A stretch of 27,916 bases of DNA from Candidatus Nanohalobium sp. (GTDB lineage: Archaea > Nanohalarchaeota > Nanosalinia > Nanosalinales > Nanosalinaceae), in the NCBI GenBank assembly GCA_042216335.1, contig JBDGTY010000014.1, positions 1 to 27,916 on the forward strand, given 5' to 3'. Under the pieces are notes generated by a model, which saw nothing but the letters and a program-made list of their open reading frames with translations, had not been told where the DNA came from and did not search any database. Below are positions 8,452 through 16,212 of this stretch, in pieces. Every line of letters starts with the position of its first letter. The first letter of the stretch is position 1. A program made the position numbers and the translations under genes.

Positions 8452-8874
8452 GTGAACAAGATCGACACCGAAGCACACCAGGCCCGAGCACTCGGCAAGA
8501 ACATGCCGATCTCCTGGAAAGACTCCACAGAAATAGGTCGCTTCATCAGCGGTGACACAGTAGAAAAGGCAGAGAGGAAACTAGAGAAAGTGATCGAGAA
8601 AGAAGTTCCTGTTCCTTACACAAAGTTCGACAGCGACGCAGGACACAAATCCGGTGCAGGGGACTCAGGAAAATACCCTGTCAAAGCAGCAAAACACATG
8701 CTTGAACTAGTACAGGAGGCAGCCCACAACGCAGAACACCAGGGCCTCAACCCGGGATCACTGCACGTGGAGAACGTTGTCACCAACAAGGGCAACGAGT
8801 ACGCAACTCCCGGGAGATTCAGAGGAGAGAAAACCAAGGCAGCACACGTCAACGTAATCGTAGGTGAGAAGTGA
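8452..8874 (+). CDS. rpl22: 50S ribosomal protein uL22
   Basis: PISWKDSTEI, GKYPVKAA, NAEHQGL; GTG start; synteny. Confidence 0.96.
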   Translation: MNKIDTEAHQARALGKNMPISWKDSTEIGRFISGDTVEKAERKLEKVIEKEVPVPYTKFDSDAGHKSGAGDSGKYPVKAAKHMLELVQEAAHNAEHQGLNPGSLHVENVVTNKGNEYATPGRFRGEKTKAAHVNVIVGEK

Positions 8875-8930
8875 TGACCGAAGATCAGAGATCTTCTACG
8901 ATGATTTACACGCAAGGTGAAAATCAATAA
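8874..8930 (+). other. Intercistronic element: hairpin plus an 18-codon mini-ORF (MTEDQRSSTMIYTQGENQ)
   Basis: ATG at 8874 overlaps the uL22 stop (TGATG) and has SD AGGTGA at 8862-8867. TAA at 8928-8930 overlaps the uS3 ATG. Hairpin GAAGATC-AGA-GATCTTC at 8880-8896. Confidence 0.5.
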
Positions 8931-10084
8931 TGCAGGAGAAACAATTTATCGAGAAAGGAGCAAGAAAAGTAAGGCTTGACGAATTCCTATCAGACGAGCT
9001 TGAGGGAGCAGGATACAGTCATGCAGAAATCGAGAGAACACCGACAAGCACAAAGATAGTAGTACACGCACAGAAGCCAGGACTCGTCATCGGAAGAGGC
9101 GGAAGCAGAATCCGCGAACTAACCGAAGACATGGAAGAAGAGTTCGACTTCGAGAACCCTCAGATCGAGGTAAACGAGATCGAGAACCCGGATGCCGATG
9201 CAAAGGTTGTAGCGAAGAGCATCGCGGACTGGCTGGAAAAAGGCGGGCACGCCAAGAGAGTAGGATACACCTACCTCAGAAGGATGAAAGAGGCAGGAGT
9301 AATCGGAGCAGAACTGGAGATCACAGGAAAGCTCTCCGGAAACCGTGGAAGAACGGAGAAGTTCTCCTACGGGTACGTCAAGAGATGTGGAAACACCTCT
9401 AAGGCCAACGTTCAGAAAGGATATGAACTGGCAAGGACCAAGCCAGGAGCCATCGGCGTCAAGGTCAGGATCATGAAAGACCTGCCGGACTTCCTGCACA
9501 GGGACGTAGACGTCAGTGAAGAGATCCTCCACGAAGTACAGCAGGATGAAGAAGCAAGAGAGAAATCCACAAGAATTGAAGAAGTCGTCAGGGAAGCAGA
9601 GAACATGACCTCGGCAGAACTCGAGAGAGCAATCGAGGAAAAGGCTGAAGAAGTCAAGACAGATGACATCTCCAAGGAAGAAATCAGGGAAGCATTTGAC
9701 TCGGCCGACGCAGTAGAAGAACTGGAAGAAAAGGCTGAAGAAGTCGAGGAAGAGGCCGAAGAGATCATCGAAGAAGAATCTGGCGAAGAACAGGAAGAAG
9801 ATGCAGAAGCCACAAAGGAAGAGGCCGAGGAAGTCGAGGAAGAGGCCGAAGAACTCGCTGAAGAAACCGAAAATGAAGAAGTAGAAGAGGCTGCTGAAGA
9901 AGTTGCCGAAGAGATGGAAGAAGTTGAAGAAGACCTTGAAGAAATCGTCTCAGGCACGATCAGCGACGCCAAGGAAGCAATCAACGACATGAGCGAACCA
10001 GACTTCGACGCACTGCTTCAGGCAGAGAAAAGCAGCAAAGACCGCAAAACCTTCAAAGAATGGCTGGAACGCCAGAAGGATTAA
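8930..10084 (+). CDS. rps3: 30S ribosomal protein uS3 with a long acidic C-terminal extension
   Basis: KPGLVIGRGG KH motif, GAELEITGKL, KPGAIGVKVRIM; about 200 extra residues follow. Confidence 0.97.
   Translation: MQEKQFIEKGARKVRLDEFLSDELEGAGYSHAEIERTPTSTKIVVHAQKPGLVIGRGGSRIRELTEDMEEEFDFENPQIEVNEIENPDADAKVVAKSIADWLEKGGHAKRVGYTYLRRMKEAGVIGAELEITGKLSGNRGRTEKFSYGYVKRCGNTSKANVQKGYELARTKPGAIGVKVRIMKDLPDFLHRDVDVSEEILHEVQQDEEAREKSTRIEEVVREAENMTSAELERAIEEKAEEVKTDDISKEEIREAFDSADAVEELEEKAEEVEEEAEEIIEEESGEEQEEDAEATKEEAEEVEEEAEELAEETENEEVEEAAEEVAEEMEEVEEDLEEIVSGTISDAKEAINDMSEPDFDALLQAEKSSKDRKTFKEWLERQKD
9635..9950 (+). repeat. Degenerate 90-nt (30-aa) tandem repeat in the uS3 tail
   Basis: GAAAAGGCTGAAGAAGTC occurs at 9638 and 9728; GAAGTCGAGGAAGAGGCCGAAGA occurs at 9740 and 9830. 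EExEEV recurs every 30 aa, four times. Confidence 0.75.
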
Positions 10085-10108
10085 AAGAACTGAGAGGTGT
10101 ACATAACC

Positions 10109-10297
10109 GTGAAAGCAGAAGAAATCAGAGAAAAGGACACGTCCGAACTGAAGGAACAGCTCGGCGACCTGCAGAAAGAACTTGTACAGGAACGCGGCCA
10201 GATAGAGGTCGGTGGATTCGCCGACAACCCTGGCGAAATCAAGGAGATGAAGAAAACCGTCGCAAGAATCAAAACAGTTCTCAACGAACGCAACTAG
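10109..10297 (+). CDS. rpl29: 50S ribosomal protein uL29
   Basis: KAEEIRE...NPGEIKEMKKTVARIKTVLNE. GTG at 10109 follows SD GAGGTG at 10094-10099. Confidence 0.95.
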   Translation: MKAEEIREKDTSELKEQLGDLQKELVQERGQIEVGGFADNPGEIKEMKKTVARIKTVLNERN

Positions 10298-10303
10298 ATA
10301 ATA

Positions 10304-10609
10304 ATGAGTGAAACATGCCCAAAGTGCGGAATGCCACAGGATCTTTGCGTCTGCGACAGCATCGCACGTGAAGACCAGCAAATCACAGTCAAACTCGACT
10401 CAAGAAGCTACAACAAAGAGATGACCGTTGTCACAGGTCTCGACGACGAAAGCGACATCAAAGACCTGGAATCAACGCTCAAGACCAAACTCGCCTGCGG
10501 AGGCACACACAAAGACGACCAGATAGAACTTCAGGGCGACCACAGAAGAAGAATCGTCGACATCCTAGAAGACGAAGGATTCAGCCGGGAAAACATCGAA
10601 GTCAAATAG
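10304..10609 (+). CDS. Translation initiation factor aIF1/SUI1
   Basis: CPKCGMPQDLCVC, LKTKLACGGT, IELQGDHR; usual position after uL29 in archaea. Confidence 0.96.
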   Translation: MSETCPKCGMPQDLCVCDSIAREDQQITVKLDSRSYNKEMTVVTGLDDESDIKDLESTLKTKLACGGTHKDDQIELQGDHRRRIVDILEDEGFSRENIEVK

Positions 10610-10619
10610 AGGCTCTACA

Positions 10620-10637
10620 TTTTTCTCCTTACTCTCT
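10620..10637 (+). terminator. Possible pyrimidine-rich terminator after SUI1
   Basis: TTTTTCTCCTTACTCTCT just after the stop codon and before a convergent gene. Confidence 0.4.
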
Positions 10638-10655
10638 ACGAGAACCCCGTATTGA

Positions 10656-12104
10656 CTAAGCTGGAGGTTCTGCACCAGGAGCTAACCATTCATCATAAAC
10701 GTCGCTATTTATGATTGCTTCAAATATATCTGCCCTTTTGCATCTTCTAGGATATCCTATTTGAAGCCTCATATCTTCCTCATACTCTTCAATAGCTTCT
10801 TTTAATTGTGAATTGAGTTCTCGGTTTTCTAAGCCTGAGTAAGACTTTGAACTGCTAATCAGTGTATCGATAGATTTATCGACTATTGCGTCTTCTCTAA
10901 GATCAATGCGATCTCTGCCAATTATTTCTCCATTTCCATCTTTTACATAAATTATTGGTGATGTCAGGCTTGCACTTCTTCTAATTGCTCCTGAGTTTCT
11001 AGTATTGTAGTCTTCTTCCCATGTAATTGAGTGACAAGTATCAAATTCATCGCCATATCTCAATCCTTCAATAGGAGAAGCAACATATATCTCGAACTCA
11101 CGACCGCCTATTTCAGCAACCTCTTTACCTAATCCGTTCTTCAAAACTTCTAGTTCTGAGTATTCTAAGCTACTTATTTGATCGTATGATGGACTTGACT
11201 CTCTGAAATAAGACTCTTCTCCATACTTGATAATGTCTTCTAAAATTTCCAAATCTTCGAATCTTTGAGTCATTATATGTGCTCTAACAGCATATAATTC
11301 ATCCTTATCCAGTTCATCTGGTTCTTCACCTGTAATGTTTCTGTAGTGTTTCTTGGCAATTTGTTGTGCCTGTGATTCCAAGGCATCTAGAGTCTTACTT
11401 CGTCTTTGAGTTTCTACTTCAGACTCCAGTCTTCTCCTCAATTCATCTGTATCTATTTCGTCCTGCCAGTTTGGATTCTCCTGCTTCTCTTTCAACCAGT
11501 TAAATGTGTCAAACATTCCTAGATCAGCTCTATAACCACTTATCTCGGCAAGACCAGCAATTTCGGAAATATCTTCTTCAAGCTTTTCATACGCCTGTTC
11601 GGCCGCTTCTCGATACTTCCCACTGAACTCTTCACCTATTTGTTCTTCAATAACGTCGGACTCAGCTTCTAAAATCTCATCTATTTCATTTGCTGCATTC
11701 TCGGCTATTATATCGGCCTCAGGGGTTTCTAGAAAGTTCCAGACATCATGTCCCAAAGAAAAATCCTCTCCAGAAACCCTAAGATTATCCGCAATTTCCG
11801 ATATACTCTCTGAACCATAGTTTTTTCTGTATTTTTCTACTGTCATCAATCGAGAGTCGCTTACTTCTCTTCTACTTCCTTCCTCCTTGAAAGCATCAAA
11901 CTTATCTCTAAAGTCAATGGTCTCCTGAACGGTTAACCCAAAAACATCAGCGACAGCTTCCTCAAACTCAGTAGGACTGAAACGCCCAGTTACTTCAAAG
12001 CCATCTCTAATGACCGAGATACTATTCTCTTTAAAAACTAACTCCATGTCCTCGTCCAGTGACTGTTCTCGAATAAAAGACTCAACAAATTCTGTTGTCA
12101 CCAT
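10656..12104 (-). CDS. Hypothetical acidic protein, 482 aa
   Basis: Long, AT-rich ORF with a TATA-like TATATAAA (minus strand, 12126-12133) 22-29 nt upstream of the ATG. The C-terminal YGDEFDTCHS...IIYVKDGNGEIIGR segment looks like a conserved domain. Confidence 0.85.
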   Translation of the reverse strand: MVTTEFVESFIREQSLDEDMELVFKENSISVIRDGFEVTGRFSPTEFEEAVADVFGLTVQETIDFRDKFDAFKEEGSRREVSDSRLMTVEKYRKNYGSESISEIADNLRVSGEDFSLGHDVWNFLETPEADIIAENAANEIDEILEAESDVIEEQIGEEFSGKYREAAEQAYEKLEEDISEIAGLAEISGYRADLGMFDTFNWLKEKQENPNWQDEIDTDELRRRLESEVETQRRSKTLDALESQAQQIAKKHYRNITGEEPDELDKDELYAVRAHIMTQRFEDLEILEDIIKYGEESYFRESSPSYDQISSLEYSELEVLKNGLGKEVAEIGGREFEIYVASPIEGLRYGDEFDTCHSITWEEDYNTRNSGAIRRSASLTSPIIYVKDGNGEIIGRDRIDLREDAIVDKSIDTLISSSKSYSGLENRELNSQLKEAIEEYEEDMRLQIGYPRRCKRADIFEAIINSDVYDEWLAPGAEPPA

Positions 12105-12236
12105 ATAGTAACATTCTCATCATTCTTTATATATTTAACTAATATCATCCTAGAATACGATAAGAGTAATAACCTTCTATCACCAGACAGACTGAAACAG
12201 GTCAAAAACAGAAAAAACATTAAATCGGGCCTGAAA

Positions 12237-13360
12237 ATGAATTCTCAGTTTCAACTCAAACTTAAGTCACAGGAAACAGGGAAGATCTACACATTTCACT
12301 CGGCCGACGGACTCAATTCGAAAGGCAGTTTCAGGGATGAAGAACTTCTTCTGGCCGATGAAGTAGATATTAAAGAGGATGATAGGGTCCTAGTAGTTCA
12401 GTCAAACTATGGGTTTCTCGGTGTAGTTCTGGGGATAAAGCAGAGGAAATAACGATGTTCGACACTTCTGCAAGAGCCTGCAACTATTCCAGGAAGAACG
12501 CTGAAGAAAATGGCCTGGAGAACTATTCTGTAGAGAATCCACCAGAACTATCTGAAATAGAGGGAGTTTTCGACAAGATTGTCTATGCACCTGCTGACTA
12601 CGAACCGGTCGACCTAGTGAAGAATCGCCTCGCAGATGCAATGAGAAAGCTTGATGAGGAAGGAGAGCTTTACATCGCAGGTAGGAAGAAGTCAGGGCTG
12701 AAAAGATACCGCAAGTATCTAAATAAGTACGGAGAAGTTAAGAAACTGGCCAGAGACGGCTCGACACAGGCCTACTCGTTCCGGAGGAGTGGCCATGTAA
12801 CCATGTCAGGACCAAATCTGGAGAAAAACTTTGAAGCTGAAGTAGATGGTTTAAAGGCAAGTTTCAGGACTTCCAAGGGCCTTTTCTCGGCAGGAAAGCT
12901 CGATGGAGGAACAAGACTTTTACTGGAAAACCTGGATGTTTCCGATTCTGAGAAAGTTCTGGACCTTGCGTGCGGCTACGGTGCGATTTCCGTTTTCCTG
13001 GGAAAGATTTACGACTGTGATCTCTACCTGGCGGATGACGATGTCAGAGCAGTAAAATACGCCCGGAAGAATCTGAAGCTGAATTATATAGAGGATTTTG
13101 AAGTGAAAGCTGCTGACTGCCTGGATGGCTTTGGAGATCAGAAATTCGACTTGGTTGTTTCGAATCCACCGACTCATCAGGGTAGCGGTGTAACCGACAA
13201 GATGTTCAGACAGGTTCACGATTCCCTGTTTGAGGGCGGAGAGTTCTGGCTTGTCTACAACCAGAACATGGGATTCGAGGATCAACTATCTGAGATGTTT
13301 GATCTGGTGGAAGTCGTGGATGAAGGAGATAATTTCCTGGTTGTCAGAACTGTAAAATAG
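12237..13360 (+). pseudogene. RsmC-like two-domain SAM methyltransferase split by a 1-nt frameshift (12237-12452 plus 12455-13360)
   Basis: C-terminal GLFSAGKLDGGTRLL, VLDLACGYGAI, DLVVSNPP. Adding one G to GGGG at 12431-12434 gives a continuous ...NYGFLGVVLGDKAEEITMFDTSARA. Confidence 0.8.
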
Positions 13361-13361
13361 G

Positions 13362-13685
13362 TTATCTATTCCTTTCGTGTTTTCGTGCAAACTCTTCCCA
13401 GTTATCCACTATCTTCCGATACGCTGACCAGTAATCCAGATGTTCAAGAGGTACTTTGTCGTCTTTGAATGGATGTTCCTGGAACTTGAGGTCGATGTGG
13501 ACGAATCCGTGGGCGGTATCCAGAGTCACTACTTCCTCGTTTTCCTCTGTCTCAGGATTCCTGCAGACGAGTGTTATACAGAAGTCATCTGAGTTTTCAA
13601 CGTCTTCAAGTTTGTAGTCTGGCCTGTAGACTACCTCATATGATTTTCCTTTGAATTGTCCCAGAGATAGAGAGTCGCTGGTCAT
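13362..13685 (-). CDS. Small acidic protein with a D-x-x-H-G-x-x-H motif (TumE/DUF6516-like, tentative)
   Basis: EVVTLDTAHGFVHID; SD GAGGT upstream on the minus strand; adjacent to an HVO_A0114-like HTH gene. Confidence 0.6.
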   Translation of the reverse strand: MTSDSLSLGQFKGKSYEVVYRPDYKLEDVENSDDFCITLVCRNPETEENEEVVTLDTAHGFVHIDLKFQEHPFKDDKVPLEHLDYWSAYRKIVDNWEEFARKHERNR

Positions 13686-13793
13686 CTAGTTTACCTCTCT
13701 ACGTGTTGTTTCTAATACATCATTGATAAAGTGTTGAGGTCCGAGGCCATCACCTATTTAAGTTTTCAACAACAATACTGGTTTAGAGGTCTA

Positions 13794-14159
13794 ATGGAGT
13801 CTACTACTCTCAAGTCGGGTGAAATGGCTGTTGAAGAGTCGAAGTCTTACGTTGATGAAGACACACTTGACTTTGTCAAAGAGGTCATTGAGAACAACAA
13901 GGACGTAAGCACGCACGTAGTGCCAGCTGAACTTGCTAGGGAGATAATGACGGAGAAAAGAATAGAGATAATAGAAACTATCAGAGAAGAGGAAATAGAA
14001 TCCAAGAGAGACCTGGCCAGAAAACTTGACAGAGACATCAAGTCAGTCTCCCGAGACCTAGACGTACTATGGAAATATGGGATAGTGGACTACAGGGAGG
14101 AAGGAAACCGGAAGATACCGGAGATCACAGCCGACAAAATAATAATAGAACCTCTGTAA
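13794..14159 (+). CDS. Winged-helix DNA-binding protein (HVO_A0114-like)
   Basis: MTEKRIEIIETI...ESKRDLARKLDRDIKSVSRDLDVLWKYGIV...GNRKIP. TATTTAAG at 13755-13762 and GAGGT precede the ATG at 13794; 13824 is an alternative start. Confidence 0.8.
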   Translation: MESTTLKSGEMAVEESKSYVDEDTLDFVKEVIENNKDVSTHVVPAELAREIMTEKRIEIIETIREEEIESKRDLARKLDRDIKSVSRDLDVLWKYGIVDYREEGNRKIPEITADKIIIEPL

Positions 14160-14168
14160 AAACAACGT

Positions 14169-14696
14169 ATGCCAGGATCAAAGTTTCTAGAAGGTGACAA
14201 AGTTAACCTAAGGACTATCGAAGAAGAGGATGCAGAGTTTCTGAGAGACGGCGTTAATCATCCAGAAGTAAGAGTCTGGATGGGGAATACCAGGCCTCAG
14301 AACTTGGAGGATGAGAAAGGGTTTATCGATGAAGTTGTGTCTTCTGATAGTTCAATAAATCTGATGATATGTAGAGAGGGTTATCCGAAGGGCATTATCT
14401 CCTTGACTGATCAGGAAGATGAAGGAAAGATTGGGGAATTAGGTATCTGGCTTCACCCCGAGTTTCATGGAAATGGTTTTGGCACGGAGGCGGCATGGAT
14501 GCTGACAGATCATGCTTTCAAGCAATTGAACTATCACAAAGTTTATGCTCGGGCGCAAAAGCAGAATCAGCCCTCTATAGGAGTCTGGGAAAAACTGGGA
14601 TTCCAGAAGGAGGGAGAGTTCAGAGACCATACCTATGCACAGGGAGAGTACCAGGATGTGGTTTATCTGGGAATGATTCAGGGTGATTGGGAATGA
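14169..14696 (+). CDS. GNAT acetyltransferase, RimJ/RimL family (copy 1)
   Basis: LRTIEEEDAEFL, ELGIWLHPEFHGNGFGTEA, NQPSIGVWEKLGFQKEG. Confidence 0.93.
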   Translation: MPGSKFLEGDKVNLRTIEEEDAEFLRDGVNHPEVRVWMGNTRPQNLEDEKGFIDEVVSSDSSINLMICREGYPKGIISLTDQEDEGKIGELGIWLHPEFHGNGFGTEAAWMLTDHAFKQLNYHKVYARAQKQNQPSIGVWEKLGFQKEGEFRDHTYAQGEYQDVVYLGMIQGDWE

Positions 14697-15223
14697 AATC
14701 CAAGTTCCTGGAGAAAGGCAATGTGGTTCTCAGGCCCATAGAGAAAGACGATGCGGAGTTTCTAAGGGAATTCATCAAACATCGAGATGTAAGGGATACT
14801 ATAGGAAAACCTCCGAGACCTGTGAATCTGAAACAGGAGGAAGAATTTATCGAGGCTACTTCAGAAGACGATGATGCAGTCAAGTTCCTGATAGAGTACA
14901 AAGATGAGAGAGCCGGCGAAATATCGCTCAATGAATTGGAGAAACCGTACAGAAAAGGAGAGTTAGGTATAAGCATCCACCCGGATTTCCACGGTCAGGG
15001 TATCGGTTCAACCGCAGTCCAGTTAGTTACTAGGTATGCGTTCGAGACACTGAACAGGCACAAAGTCCGTGGAGGATACTTAGAAGGAAACGAGGCCTCG
15101 AAGAGGATAATGGAGAAAGCTGGGATGCAGCAAGAAGGCCGTGACCGCCACTACAAGTACGTAGATGGAGAATGGAAAGATGTCATCTGGATGAGCATAC
15201 TGGAGGAAGAATATTTTGAATGA
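14693..15223 (+). CDS. GNAT acetyltransferase, RimJ/RimL family (copy 2)
   Basis: LRPIEKDDAEFL, ELGISIHPDFHGQGIGSTA, NEASKRIMEKAGMQQEG; ATGA overlap with copy 1. Confidence 0.93.
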   Translation: MKSKFLEKGNVVLRPIEKDDAEFLREFIKHRDVRDTIGKPPRPVNLKQEEEFIEATSEDDDAVKFLIEYKDERAGEISLNELEKPYRKGELGISIHPDFHGQGIGSTAVQLVTRYAFETLNRHKVRGGYLEGNEASKRIMEKAGMQQEGRDRHYKYVDGEWKDVIWMSILEEEYFE

Positions 15224-16199
15224 AGAACTCAGAGAATCATTGGAATCAGAACTAGGCCAGGAGTTCGACTGGCAGGAACTGGAGAAGGGCCTCAACACTA
15301 TCTACCTGCTCTCATCCGAGGGTGAGGAGTACGTCCTGAAGGTTCATACTAATCCGAAGAACAAGGTTCCGTGGTTTAGGGCCGAGCCCAGGATCTACGA
15401 GAAGGTAAGTGATGAGACGGATATTCCTTCGCCGGAGATTGTCTACAAAGATTTGAGCGGTGAGTCGTATCGGGACTTGTTCTATGTGATGGAGAAGCTG
15501 GACGGGGAGAACCCGCAAAACATCAGAGGAGAACTGGGGCAGGAAGAGCTTGAGGAGGTAATCCATCGGTTTGGCAGGATACTCGGTGAGGTCCACAAGG
15601 TACAGATCACCGACGAGTACGGGATAATTGGTTATAGCGGCGGTGTCTTTGGACCTCCTGACTCTGCAGAACAGTGGAACTGGGCATTGGAGGGGTCGAT
15701 GTCTTCCTGGAAGGAGATAACGGAGGATGAATGGGGCGACCCTCCGGAGATAGAGTTCGATTCCGGAAAGGTGAAGGAAAGACTTCCTGAAAAGCCGGAA
15801 TCTGTTCTACTGCATTCGGATAACAGGCTCGACAACCTTCTTGTTGACGGAGATAATATCACAGGCTTTCTTGACTGGAGCCATCCATGGTCCGGACACA
15901 GGATCTACGACCTGGTAAAGACCGAGTACCTCCTCATAGGAAGGGATCTGGGAGAATGGGACAGAGACCTGGATCTGGAGAAGTTGAAGGAGGAGTTCTA
16001 CTCGGCTTACAGGGATGAAACAGGATTTGAGAGAGGAGAGGAGTTCGAAGAACTCAGGCAGATCTACAGGTACGCAGTCACCCTGGAGCTTGCGGCAGGG
16101 TTCGCCAACTGGGGCTCAAAACTGGATGAGAAAGAACACGACAGCACAAGAGAAGAGATAATCGATAGGTTGGAAGCAGAAGAGCCAAAAGTGTTGTAA
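15216..16199 (+). CDS. APH-family phosphotransferase (copy 1)
   Basis: YVLKV, DIPSPEI, LLHSDNRLDNLL, GFLDWS, YDL. Confidence 0.92.
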   Translation: MNEELRESLESELGQEFDWQELEKGLNTIYLLSSEGEEYVLKVHTNPKNKVPWFRAEPRIYEKVSDETDIPSPEIVYKDLSGESYRDLFYVMEKLDGENPQNIRGELGQEELEEVIHRFGRILGEVHKVQITDEYGIIGYSGGVFGPPDSAEQWNWALEGSMSSWKEITEDEWGDPPEIEFDSGKVKERLPEKPESVLLHSDNRLDNLLVDGDNITGFLDWSHPWSGHRIYDLVKTEYLLIGRDLGEWDRDLDLEKLKEEFYSAYRDETGFERGEEFEELRQIYRYAVTLELAAGFANWGSKLDEKEHDSTREEIIDRLEAEEPKVL

Positions 16200-16212
16200 T
16201 CTGAATTAGTTT

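Noticed and set aside
9635-9950. Periodic repeats as a CRISPR array
   Set aside because: They are in-frame, degenerate coding repeats with no constant repeat/spacer structure and no cas genes.
9412-9990. Ser-rich antisense ORFs (also 6609-7166, 20011-20388, 21045-21641, 23133-23732, 22379-23026)
   Set aside because: They are shadows of Glu/Lys-rich sense genes and have no motifs.
13731-13793. Longer ORF-track starts (also 61, 4957, 7711, 10097, 14687, 18983)
   Set aside because: They overlap TATA or SD sites; the downstream starts fit promoter and SD spacing better.
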